From: Bradyrhizobium sp.
GTDB lineage: Bacteria; Pseudomonadota; Alphaproteobacteria; Rhizobiales; Xanthobacteraceae
Assembly: GCA_041495185.1 (NCBI GenBank)
Contig: JBGQCE010000001.1
Span: forward strand, 1-36,085
Length of the DNA stretch: 36,085 nucleotides
Reading direction: 5' to 3'
This document shows positions 1-8,677 of the stretch, piece after piece. A model generated the notes under the pieces. That model searched no databases and was not told the origin of the DNA. It was given only the letters and a program-made list of their open reading frames with translations. Each line of letters begins with the position of its first letter. Positions within the stretch are counted from its first letter, which is position 1. A program made the translations under genes and the position numbers.

Positions 1-137
1 GCCTGTGCCGAATTGGACAGATAGACCGAAAAGATCGTCGCCAGCGCCGACAAGGCTGCAAGAATCCATAGCACGGCGACGATCACGAAGCCGCGCTCCG
101 AGGGTATTGCAGCCGTGCGCCGAAGTTCCCGCGTCAC
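1..137 (-). CDS. gspK: Type II secretion minor pseudopilin GspK, 5' part (runs off the window)
   Basis: Manual translation from GTG at 137 gives MTRELRRTAAIPSERGFVIVAVLWILAALSALATIFSVYLSNSAQ. This has a prepilin G|F site lacking Glu+5, typical of GspK. It starts just after the gspJ stop, with GGAGG upstream. Not in the ORF track. Confidence 0.85.
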   Translation of the reverse strand, partial: MTRELRRTAAIPSERGFVIVAVLWILAALSALATIFSVYLSNSAQ

Positions 138-139
138 TG

Positions 140-883
140 CTATCCTCCCTGCCCTGTCGTGGCGTTTCCGGCTTGTGAATTTCCCTGCGAATTATTCGGA
201 GCACCCGATTTGCCGTCACAGCCGCCGTCCGGCCGCGCGCAGTCGCCTTGTGCAGGCGACTGGACGTGAACCGGCGTCACCGTCGAAATGGAGAGGATTC
301 GTTCGTTCGCCGCGTCGCGCACCGTCAGCTTGATCGCCGTCGGCAGCTTGTCGGTATCGTGCCAGCTGCTTTTCCAGATCCGATCCTGGCCTGCATAGGC
401 GAACGACAGCCGAAACGGGGCGCGCAACAGCAAGACCGGTTCGCCGAAATGAATTTGCTCGGACAGCGACGATGCCAGCGGCAACGGCCGGAACGGCGCA
501 CGCGAACGGACCGTCGCCAGGCCCTGACGATCGGTAGTTTCACCTACCCATACCACCTCCAGTCCAGGCCCTGCGTTCGGGCCCAATGCGGTCCGCACGA
601 ACGTCACCGACAGCTCCGAGCCATCGAACAACGGATGGCGCGCGTCGCGATTGGCCGACACATATTCGGCGGCCGCAAGGTCGGCGCCGATCCGCTGCAG
701 CGCGGTGCCGATCAATTCACTGCGCTGGATGCGCTCAAGACCGCGATTCCAGTTCGGAAGCCATTGCGCGGTGATATTGGCTAGCGCCGAGAGCACCAGG
801 CCCATCAACGCCAACGCCACCAGGGTCTCGATCAGCGTAAAGCCGCCCTCGCCAGCCCGTAGCTTTGCAAGCGAGGCGCTCAT
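140..883 (-). CDS. gspJ: Type II secretion minor pseudopilin GspJ
   Basis: N-terminal GEGG|FTLIETLVAL prepilin motif; 247 aa; position after gspI; ATGA overlap. Confidence 0.85.
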   Translation of the reverse strand: MSASLAKLRAGEGGFTLIETLVALALMGLVLSALANITAQWLPNWNRGLERIQRSELIGTALQRIGADLAAAEYVSANRDARHPLFDGSELSVTFVRTALGPNAGPGLEVVWVGETTDRQGLATVRSRAPFRPLPLASSLSEQIHFGEPVLLLRAPFRLSFAYAGQDRIWKSSWHDTDKLPTAIKLTVRDAANERILSISTVTPVHVQSPAQGDCARPDGGCDGKSGAPNNSQGNSQAGNATTGQGG

Positions 884-1293
884 TGCGGCGGCCTGTGCAT
901 CAGGCGAACGGTGTGAAGGTCAGACATCGCGCCTGAAGGGGATCGGACCCGAACTCTGACCAGTGCGGGAATCCAGGCGACGTCCGCGCCCGGCACGGCC
1001 CAGTCCTCGCCCAGCGGTCCGACGTCGATCTTCCACTGATAGTCGTTAATCTGCCCCGACAACGCGCCGGAGCCAAGTTCGGCGCGCGGCGGGATGCCGG
1101 TGGCCATAACGGAGCGCGCGGTCTGTATCAATGTCACGTGCTGCTCCAGCGAGCGCACGCCGCGCACGTTCGTCGACATTACGGATCCAATCGCAACGAT
1201 GGAGACGGCAACGACCGCCAGCGCGATCAACACTTCGATGATCGTGAAGCCGGCGTCGCGGCCGTCAATTGGTGGCGGAGCTGCGGGAGACAA
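880..1293 (-). CDS. gspI: Type II secretion minor pseudopilin GspI
   Basis: DAG|FTIIEVLIAL prepilin motif; 137 aa; lies between gspH and gspJ; TTG start uncertain. Confidence 0.85.
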   Translation of the reverse strand: MSPAAPPPIDGRDAGFTIIEVLIALAVVAVSIVAIGSVMSTNVRGVRSLEQHVTLIQTARSVMATGIPPRAELGSGALSGQINDYQWKIDVGPLGEDWAVPGADVAWIPALVRVRVRSPSGAMSDLHTVRLMHRPPQ

Positions 1294-1729
1294 TTTCGAT
1301 CCTTCCAGTCAACCAGTTGACGCGAATCTCATAGCCGGCATCGAGCCGCGTCAGCGCGATGGTCCCGCCGCACGACATTCCGCTGGCAAAAAAGCTGATG
1401 GTCGACAATGCCGCACGCCGGTTGCAGGTTTGCGGCAATAGCGTATCGAAGCGGACGTCGTCGGGAATACGGATCACATCCGTTGTCGCGCCCGACCGGA
1501 TCGAGCGCGTTCCGGCGTCGACCAGCGTGGCGACGTCCGCCCCGCGCCGGATCGCCGCGTTGCGGTCCGCCTTCAGAAGGGTCGCGGTCTGAAGCGCATA
1601 GGCCTGCAGGCGGGAGCGGGACGTATTATGTGGAATGAACGGCAGCAGCACGGCCGCCATCATGGCGATGAGCGCGAGCACACACACCATCTCAAGCAAA
1701 GTGAAGCCGCGTTCCGCACCGTCACTCAT
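1265..1729 (-). CDS. gspH: Type II secretion minor pseudopilin GspH
   Basis: ERG|FTLLEMVCVL motif; C-terminal FFASGMSCGG...VNWLTG resembles GspH/FimT; follows gspG. Confidence 0.85.
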   Translation of the reverse strand: MSDGAERGFTLLEMVCVLALIAMMAAVLLPFIPHNTSRSRLQAYALQTATLLKADRNAAIRRGADVATLVDAGTRSIRSGATTDVIRIPDDVRFDTLLPQTCNRRAALSTISFFASGMSCGGTIALTRLDAGYEIRVNWLTGRIEIVSRSSATN

Positions 1730-2223
1730 TATTTCGCACTGGCCATGTTTTCGATCGAGATGTCGGCCGCAAGACCGCTGCCGCCTTCCTGACCATCCGA
1801 ACCATAAGACAGAATATCGTAAGGTCCGCGGTCTCCGGGCGAACGATACACATAGGCATTGCTCCAGGGATCGTTGGGGACGTTGCCACCCTTCAGATAT
1901 GGTCCGTTCCAGGCGGCTACACCCGGTGTCTGGCGCACCAGCGCCGCCAGACCTTCCGCCGTCGAGGGAAACCGGCCTGCATCGAGATAGAACAGGTCGA
2001 GCGCGCTGCCGAAGCTCTGCAGCTGAATCTTCGCGGCCTTGACTTTCGATTCGCTGAGATAATTGAGAACGCGCGGGCCGATCAGGCCCATGATGAGGCC
2101 GATGATGGTGATCACCACCAGCATCTCGACCAGCGTGAAACCCTGCTGGCCCAAATCCTGACGCCGCTTGTCACCCGGGCGGCGGGCGGAAAACCTGCCG
2201 ACGCGTGTTACCGATTTCATCAT
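1729..2223 (-). CDS. gspG: Type II secretion major pseudopilin GspG
   Basis: QQG|FTLVEMLVV, ALDLFYLDAGRFP, WNGPYL, PNDPW and SYGSDGQEGG, all GspG hallmarks. Confidence 0.95.
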   Translation of the reverse strand: MMKSVTRVGRFSARRPGDKRRQDLGQQGFTLVEMLVVITIIGLIMGLIGPRVLNYLSESKVKAAKIQLQSFGSALDLFYLDAGRFPSTAEGLAALVRQTPGVAAWNGPYLKGGNVPNDPWSNAYVYRSPGDRGPYDILSYGSDGQEGGSGLAADISIENMASAK

Positions 2224-2238
2224 GAACCAACCCTTGCT

Positions 2239-3453
2239 CTATCCGACAAGTTGCGTAACCGACAGAAGCGCTGTCATGACCGATACGATCAGTCCCCCGA
2301 CGACCGTGCTGATGGTGACGATGGCAAGCGGGCCGACGATGCCGACGATACGGTCAAGGCTGCGTTGCAATTTCGCCTCATAGAATTCGGCGACCCGGCC
2401 CGCCAGCACCGGCAATTGTCCGGTTTCCTCGCCCAGCCGCAGCATGCGGATCGCCATCGGCGGCATGTTGCTTGACGCGAGCAAAGCGTCCGAAAGCTTG
2501 CCGCCATGACGGACGCGATCCGCAGCCGTCGCCCAGGTCGTAACGCTTCCGGTGACGGCCATGATGTCGACCAGGATGCGCAAAGTGGCCGTGAGATTGA
2601 CGCCGCTGCCGAGCAGAACGCCAAGGTTGCGGCAAAACAGACTGGTACGGTAAAACTGAAAAATGCCGGTGATGCCGGGGACGCCAGACACCGCGGTCAT
2701 GATCGCGGCGCCTGCTCCCGGCCGGCGAAGCAGCCACCAGACGCCGGCGATTAACGAAGCGGAGGCAAGCATCGCGGCGGCCGCGTTTGCGCGAAGAAAA
2801 TCCGATAGTTTTATGAAAACGCTGAGCGCGGAGTCCGATTTTGCGCCGAAGTCCTGCAGCACCGCAGAAAACTGCGGCAGCACGAACAGGATGAAAAACA
2901 GCATGACGCAGGCCGCGGCGATCAGGACGAAGGCCGGGTACTGCATCGCATCCGTGAGTTTGCGGCGCATCAGCTCGGCCCGCGCCCGCTCCGCTCCCAG
3001 CATCTCGAGCACTTGATCGAGCGTGCCCGATACTTCGCCGACGCGAACCAGCGCGACGTACATGGCGGGGAACAAAGCCGGGTGATCCGCGACCGCGCCG
3101 GCGAAACTTTCTCCGGTCAGAAGCGCAGCCCGCAGCTTACCGACCACCGGACGAAGCCGGCCAACATCCGCGTCGCTCGCGAGCAATTCGAGGGCATCGT
3201 TCAGACGCGCGCCCGCCTTCAAAAGAAGGGCCAGGTCCCTGGTGAACGTCGTCACTTCCGCCGGGCTTGGCCGGCTGAAAAAACCGAAACCGGAGCCCGG
3301 TGCGGCGGCGGTTACCTTATCTTCGATGGTTTCGATCGGCAGCAGCCGAAGATACTCGATGCGGCGAGCAACTTCCGCGGCCGTCGGAGCCGATAGCGTG
3401 CCATGCACGATCTCTCCGTTCTGCGTCAGGGCCCGGTAGCGGAAATTCGGCAC
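2239..3453 (-). CDS. gspF: Type II secretion inner-membrane platform protein GspF
   Basis: 404 aa; two PilC/GspF repeats (VRVGEVSGTLD, LRLGEETGQL); AMQYP motif; three hydrophobic segments. Confidence 0.95.
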   Translation of the reverse strand: MPNFRYRALTQNGEIVHGTLSAPTAAEVARRIEYLRLLPIETIEDKVTAAAPGSGFGFFSRPSPAEVTTFTRDLALLLKAGARLNDALELLASDADVGRLRPVVGKLRAALLTGESFAGAVADHPALFPAMYVALVRVGEVSGTLDQVLEMLGAERARAELMRRKLTDAMQYPAFVLIAAACVMLFFILFVLPQFSAVLQDFGAKSDSALSVFIKLSDFLRANAAAAMLASASLIAGVWWLLRRPGAGAAIMTAVSGVPGITGIFQFYRTSLFCRNLGVLLGSGVNLTATLRILVDIMAVTGSVTTWATAADRVRHGGKLSDALLASSNMPPMAIRMLRLGEETGQLPVLAGRVAEFYEAKLQRSLDRIVGIVGPLAIVTISTVVGGLIVSVMTALLSVTQLVG

Positions 3454-3462
3454 GATCTCACC

Positions 3463-5145
3463 TCACCGCGCGGTCGTAACGCGGAGTATTTCCGCGGGCG
3501 AGGTCAGGCCGGCGCGGCATTTCACAACGCCGTCGTCGAGCATCGTCATCATCCCGGCACGGATCGCCGTCTGATCGATTTTCAGTCCATCGGTCTTTTC
3601 CCCAATCAGTTCACGGACGTCGTTGGTGAGTTCAAGAATCTCGAACACGCCCAGCCGCCCGCGATAGCCCGTACCACCGCAGCGCTCGCAGCCGCACGGC
3701 CCCTGAAACGTTTCGCCGCTCCGGAAGCCGAGCCCGCCTAGTCGAGGGTCTTCGGCAAAATCTGCCTCGGTGAGCGTCTTTGGCACTTTGCAGCGCTCGC
3801 ACAGCTGGCGAACAAGCCGCTGCCCGACCACCGCTCTCAAGGTAGACCGCAGCAGATATCCCTCGACGCCGAGATCGAGAAGACGGGGCACCGCCGCGGC
3901 CGCCGATTCGGTGTGCAGTGTCGTCAGAACAAGGTGACCGGTGAGGGCAGCATGAACGGCGACATGTGCGGTTTCAGCGTCTCGCACCTCGCCAACCATA
4001 ATGACGTCAGGATCCTGACGGACGAACGAACGCAGCGCCGCAGCGAACGTCAGTCCGATCGCAGGCTTGATCTGCGCCTGATTGACACCGGGTATGTCGT
4101 ATTCGACGGGATCCTCGACCGTCAGGATTTTTCGACCCGGTTCGTTCAGGATCGACAAGATCGTTGCCAACGTCGTGGTTTTGCCGCTTCCGGTCGGGCC
4201 GGTGATGACGATCATGCCATGGGGCAGCTTTAGCAATCGTCTGAGCGTGACCTCGTCGGCCGGCGAAAATCCCAGCTTTTCGACGACGAGCAGCCCGCGA
4301 TCCTTCGGCAGGATACGTATGACCGCGGATTCCCCATGCTGCATCGGCATGATCGCGACACGAATGTCGATATCAGTACGCCCGGCCCGCAGCCGCGCGG
4401 CGCCATCCTGCGGAAGCCGACGCTCTGCGATGTTGAGGTTGGCGACAATCTTGATGCGCGAAATGACGGCTTGCGGCAAGACGCCGGCTGGCGCCGCGAC
4501 CGGTCGCAGCAAGCCGTCAATGCGCATACGGACTACCAGCCCGGTGTGGAATGGCTCGATGTGAATATCGCTCGCACGCAGTTCTACTGCTTTCTCCAGC
4601 AGATCATTGACGGCGCGAACGACGGGCGCACCGCTGGCAAGATCCCGCAAACTTTCGATATCGTCTTCGCGCGGCTGGTGCGGCTCGCTGCCGCCCCTCA
4701 GCTCGAGGTCGTCGCCGTCCAGACGCTTGTCGAGGACAATCGTGAGATCTTCGACCGACGCCACCTTGATCGCGACATCCGCCCTGAGCACGATTTCCGC
4801 CGCGCGCCGTGCCGCTGAATCGGTCGGATCGGCGACCGCCAGCACAGCGCCTCCGTCGGCGGACTGATACGGAAACACCATCATTTCCCGTAAAAAACGG
4901 CGCGAGAATGATGCGCCCAGCGGTGGGGCGGACAGCATGTCCTGGAGCGTGACCCGATCGAGATCGACGAAGCGAGCCGCCTCATCCGCGAACTCGCTGG
5001 CCGAAAGGTCGGTGAGCTCCCAAAGCTTGCCCTGCGAATGCTCCGAACTGCCTTGCTCCGCGCGCTCGCCGTTGCTGACCGTCTTCGTCAAGTGATTGTT
5101 ATGACGGAGGTATTCCGCAAACTGCAAAGATTGGTCGCCGGTCAT
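3463..5145 (-). CDS. gspE: Type II secretion ATPase GspE
   Basis: ASDIHIEP, Walker A GPTGSGKTTT, TVEDPVE, RQDPDVIMVGEVRD, TGHLVLTTLH and two CxxC motifs. Start placed at ATG 5145 (MTGDQ); the ORF track extends to 5196. Confidence 0.95.
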   Translation of the reverse strand: MTGDQSLQFAEYLRHNNHLTKTVSNGERAEQGSSEHSQGKLWELTDLSASEFADEAARFVDLDRVTLQDMLSAPPLGASFSRRFLREMMVFPYQSADGGAVLAVADPTDSAARRAAEIVLRADVAIKVASVEDLTIVLDKRLDGDDLELRGGSEPHQPREDDIESLRDLASGAPVVRAVNDLLEKAVELRASDIHIEPFHTGLVVRMRIDGLLRPVAAPAGVLPQAVISRIKIVANLNIAERRLPQDGAARLRAGRTDIDIRVAIMPMQHGESAVIRILPKDRGLLVVEKLGFSPADEVTLRRLLKLPHGMIVITGPTGSGKTTTLATILSILNEPGRKILTVEDPVEYDIPGVNQAQIKPAIGLTFAAALRSFVRQDPDVIMVGEVRDAETAHVAVHAALTGHLVLTTLHTESAAAAVPRLLDLGVEGYLLRSTLRAVVGQRLVRQLCERCKVPKTLTEADFAEDPRLGGLGFRSGETFQGPCGCERCGGTGYRGRLGVFEILELTNDVRELIGEKTDGLKIDQTAIRAGMMTMLDDGVVKCRAGLTSPAEILRVTTAR

Positions 5146-5253
5146 TTGTGTTTTCCAGTCGCGCCGCTTTTTGCTTCGGACCGACCGGTGGAGCACGGCG
5201 CATCGGCCGCGGTCGACCAGTTGTCGGCTGCAGCGTGGTTATTGATCCGAAAC

Positions 5254-5271
5254 ATGACAGTTGTACGAAAC
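5254..5271 (-). promoter_or_regulatory. Putative Pho box upstream of gspE
   Basis: Minus strand GTTTCGT-ACAA-CTGTCAT: two heptamers at 11-bp period resembling CT(G/T)TCAT, the second perfect, with an AT-rich spacer. Confidence 0.5.
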
Positions 5272-5496
5272 GTGCAGGGTGCCAGCGTCACAAAAAAATT
5301 GCTGTGGCCTGTTCGCTGGCCCCCGCCGCAAGGCATGGCGCAGGCGCGGGGAGATGTCGGACACAGACGATGATCTGCCGACAATCCGTGCTGGAAATTA
5401 TTACTGTCACATTCCGCCGCTAAGTATGTCGACCAGCTTGGATCAGTCCTCCCGAACGATCCCTGGGCCCGAACAAAAAGCTGGAACGGCGGAAAG

Positions 5497-7824
5497 ATGG
5501 TACGCGTCGCCAACCCGGGCTGGTCCCTGCCGGCCGGTCGCAGCATTTGTGCTGCCTTCATGCTGTTGTCCGTCGCCCTGCTGGCGTCCTGCAATTCGGC
5601 AACTGTGAATTCCGGCAGCGGTCTCGATATCGATGTGCTCGACAAGGTCCGCTCGCTGGACACTTTGCCTCGTTATCCACAGCAGGTGAATGCCGCTGGG
5701 GCCGATGCCGGCTCGCGAAGCCGTCCCGTGATGTTCGAGGGTACCGAGGTGTCCGATATCGCCGAGCCGCGCCCGCAACCGGCCGCAACCGGCAACGGCT
5801 TTGAGCTTAATTTCGAAAACACGCCTGTCGCCACCGTGGCCAAAGTGGTGTTGGGCGACATTATGGGAACGGGTTACACGATCGATCCGCGGGTGCAGGG
5901 GACCGTCAGCCTCGTCTCCGTCAGGCCGGTGGCGAAGTCCGACATTGTCTTCGTGCTCGAAAATGCGTTGCGGCTTAGCGGGATCGTGCTCGTTCGCGAC
6001 ACCGCCGGCTACCGTTTGACTCCGCTCGGCGACGCGGTCGGCGCAGGCCGGGTCGATGCGGCGGCCGCCAGCCCGGAACCCGGCTACGGTGTCTCCGTCG
6101 TACCCTTGCAATACGTGTCTGCGCAAACGCTGCTGAAGCTGATGGACAGCTTCGCGACCAAAGCCGGAATGGTTCGCGCCGACACGACGCGAAACCTGCT
6201 TCTCATTCAAGGCAGCGGCGCGGAACGTCGCACCGCGGTCGATACCGCACTCAGCTTCGACCTCGACTGGATGCGAGGTCAATCGATCGGGATTTTTCCG
6301 ATCATCAACAGCGGTCCAGAACCCGTTATCGCGGAACTCGAAAAGATCGTGGATTCGGGCGACAACGGTCTCAGCCAGAACCTTATCAAGTTTCAACCGG
6401 TCAGTCGCCTCAACGCCATCCTGGTGGTCAGCAAAAAGCCGGCGCTGCTGCGCACGGCCGCGACCTGGATCAAGCGGCTCGATCATGCGGATAGCGCGAG
6501 AACCAGCGTTCATGTTTACCGGGTGAAATACGGCGAGGCGCGCCAGATCGCACGTGTGCTCACCGAGATGTTCGCCGGCGGATCGTCCTCGGGCCTGCTC
6601 GATAGCGCCGATAGCCAGATCGCGCCCGGGTCGGGCACGTATGCGACGGCCAGCAGCGACCGCCTTTCCCTGAACAACAACGGTTCGTCATCGTCACCTG
6701 GTGGCTTTGGCTCCCGCGTCCAGTCCGGAACCAATACAACCGGCACGTCGGGCTTCGGCGCGCAAACGGCCGCCGCACCGGCGGGCGCAAGCACATCCGG
6801 CACTGCATCACTCGACAGCCGCAGCACGGGCTCCAGCGGTCAACCGCTGCTGCAAGGCGTGCGGATCACCGCTGATAACGTCAACAACACCCTGCTCATC
6901 TATGCCGATCAGGGAAATTACCGAATCATCGAAGCGACGTTGCAGCAGGTGGATCAACCGCAGCTACAGGTCGCGATCGATGCAACGATCGCCGAGGTCA
7001 CCCTCAATAATGAGCTGACCTATGGCGTTCAGACCTACCTGACCAGCCACAATCTGGGATTAAGGCCCGACCAGGGCTCCTTCCTCAACACCCAGTCAAC
7101 GTCTGCGCCGGCCGCCACGGCGGCGGCGGCGGCCGGAACGGTCGCCAACGCGTTCATCAATCGCGCATTGCCCGGGTTCAATTTCCTTGTCGGATCGGAG
7201 TCCCAGCCGAGCGCAATTCTGGACGCCCTGCATACCGTCACCGGGGTCAAGGTGTTGTCCAACCCGTCCCTGGTTGTGGTCAACAATCAGGCAGCAACCC
7301 TTCAGGTCGGGGACGTCGTGCCAGTCTCCACCGGCAGCGCTACGGTGCTGACGACAAGCAACACAGTCGTCAACACGATCGACTATCGGAACACAGGCAT
7401 CATTCTGCGGGTTTCTCCCCGCATCAACGTCAACGGAAATGTCAGGCTCGACGTCGAGCAGGAAATCAGCAACGTTTCGCCGGCCACCGCCGCGAGTTTG
7501 ACACCGACCGTCTCCCAACGAAAGGTCAAGAGTTCGATTTCCGTGGCCACCGGCCAGACGGTCCTGTTGGCTGGATTGATCAGCGAACAGCAAAACAGCC
7601 AGCGAAATGGAATTCCCCTGCTCGATCAAATTCCGGGTCTGGGTGACGCTTTCTCTCATCAGGACAAAAAGACAACTCGCACCGAGTTGATCATCTTTAT
7701 CCGCCCCCAGATCATCCGCGACAGCATGGATGCTCATTTCGTCGCCGAAGAACTTCGGTCAAAACTCCGTGGGAGCATTAACACGAGCCTTGCAAATGAC
7801 ACACGAGTTCAAAGCGTTCGCTGA
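5497..7824 (+). CDS. gspD: Type II secretion secretin GspD with lipoprotein signal
   Basis: LNFENTP...IDPRVQGTVSL N0 domain, repeated N domains, QVAIDATIAEV, VLSNPSLVVVNNQAA and RTELIIFIRPQII; lipobox LASC (Cys32). Confidence 0.95.
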   Translation: MVRVANPGWSLPAGRSICAAFMLLSVALLASCNSATVNSGSGLDIDVLDKVRSLDTLPRYPQQVNAAGADAGSRSRPVMFEGTEVSDIAEPRPQPAATGNGFELNFENTPVATVAKVVLGDIMGTGYTIDPRVQGTVSLVSVRPVAKSDIVFVLENALRLSGIVLVRDTAGYRLTPLGDAVGAGRVDAAAASPEPGYGVSVVPLQYVSAQTLLKLMDSFATKAGMVRADTTRNLLLIQGSGAERRTAVDTALSFDLDWMRGQSIGIFPIINSGPEPVIAELEKIVDSGDNGLSQNLIKFQPVSRLNAILVVSKKPALLRTAATWIKRLDHADSARTSVHVYRVKYGEARQIARVLTEMFAGGSSSGLLDSADSQIAPGSGTYATASSDRLSLNNNGSSSSPGGFGSRVQSGTNTTGTSGFGAQTAAAPAGASTSGTASLDSRSTGSSGQPLLQGVRITADNVNNTLLIYADQGNYRIIEATLQQVDQPQLQVAIDATIAEVTLNNELTYGVQTYLTSHNLGLRPDQGSFLNTQSTSAPAATAAAAAGTVANAFINRALPGFNFLVGSESQPSAILDALHTVTGVKVLSNPSLVVVNNQAATLQVGDVVPVSTGSATVLTTSNTVVNTIDYRNTGIILRVSPRINVNGNVRLDVEQEISNVSPATAASLTPTVSQRKVKSSISVATGQTVLLAGLISEQQNSQRNGIPLLDQIPGLGDAFSHQDKKTTRTELIIFIRPQIIRDSMDAHFVAEELRSKLRGSINTSLANDTRVQSVR

Positions 7825-8389
7825 TGCCCGGACGCAAATACCGGGTTCTGCTCTTGCGGGACTTCGCGCTGCGCTCCGGAACGCTGTCGCATTGCGGCGG
7901 GCAGTTGCAATGATTTTGCTCGCCATTTTGCTGTTCGGCGCCATCGCGACACGGGCCGCGCATGCCGACGCGCTGACGCGGGGGACTGCTGCCTATTCGA
8001 GGGGCGATTACGTTCGGGCGGTCAACGCGTTGTCCCCCTTGGCGTTGCGCGGAAACGCTCGAGCGCAGGGCCTTCTCGGCTTCATGTACGAAAATGGCTT
8101 CGGCGTGCCGCAGGCCTACGACGCTGCCGCCGATCTCTACCAGAGAGCGGCCGTGCAAGGCGATCCCTTCGCGCAGAGCAGGCTCGGTTTGATCTACGAC
8201 AAGGGCCACGGCGTGCCGCAAGATGCGATTCTTTCCTATAAATGGCTCGATCTGGCCGCGGCACACGCCACGAAGCGCGAGCGGGACTACTATTCGAGGC
8301 TTCGCAATGCGGTGGCTTCGAAAATGTCATTCGATCAGATCGTCGAAGGCCAGCGGCTTGCCTTGTTCTGGGCACCAGGGCGCTGGTGA
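7796..8389 (+). CDS. Exported Sel1-like repeat (TPR) protein
   Basis: AQGLLGFMYENGFGVPQ and AQSRLGLIYDKGHGVPQD Sel1 repeats; hydrophobic signal ending AHA-D; start uncertain (7796 or 7910). Confidence 0.85.
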   Translation: MTHEFKAFADARTQIPGSALAGLRAALRNAVALRRAVAMILLAILLFGAIATRAAHADALTRGTAAYSRGDYVRAVNALSPLALRGNARAQGLLGFMYENGFGVPQAYDAAADLYQRAAVQGDPFAQSRLGLIYDKGHGVPQDAILSYKWLDLAAAHATKRERDYYSRLRNAVASKMSFDQIVEGQRLALFWAPGRW

Positions 8390-8554
8390 CCGGAGTGGAG
8401 CCCCTCCGCTCCGACGCGATGAAATTTCACCCAGATTGCGATCGCACCGGATTGGAACACGATTGCGTTCTGTGGTTTTGTTAGTCGGGCATTCCCCACG
8501 CAACCGCTACCGTTTCGCTTGAACACGCTCCAACAACTGGACCGTGCCGCGCAA

Positions 8555-8572
8555 CCGTCATGCCCGTGTCAA
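8555..8572 (+). promoter_or_regulatory. Putative Pho-box-like direct repeat upstream of the exported phosphoesterase-like gene
   Basis: CCGTCAT-GCCC-GTGTCAA, matching CTGTCAT at 6/7 and 5/7 with 11-bp period; the GC-rich spacer is atypical. Confidence 0.35.
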
Positions 8573-8677
8573 TCGCTCGCAACAAACGGCGATGTACTCT
8601 CCCGGCGTCGGCAAACATGTTGTGCGGCTTTTCGGCCGATACATTCAATTCACTTGGGCCGACATCAGGAGAGGGCG

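Noticed and set aside
140-5145. Type IV pilus or competence locus interpretation
   Set aside because: A GspG-specific signature, a GspK-type pseudopilin and a GspD-type N0 domain indicate T2SS. gspC, L, M and O are not in the window and may lie beyond the left edge.
5270-5290. Possible sigma54 promoter (TGGCAC on the minus strand)
   Set aside because: No TTGC at the required -12 spacing.
5443-6513. 356-aa minus-strand ORF
   Set aside because: Antisense shadow of gspD.
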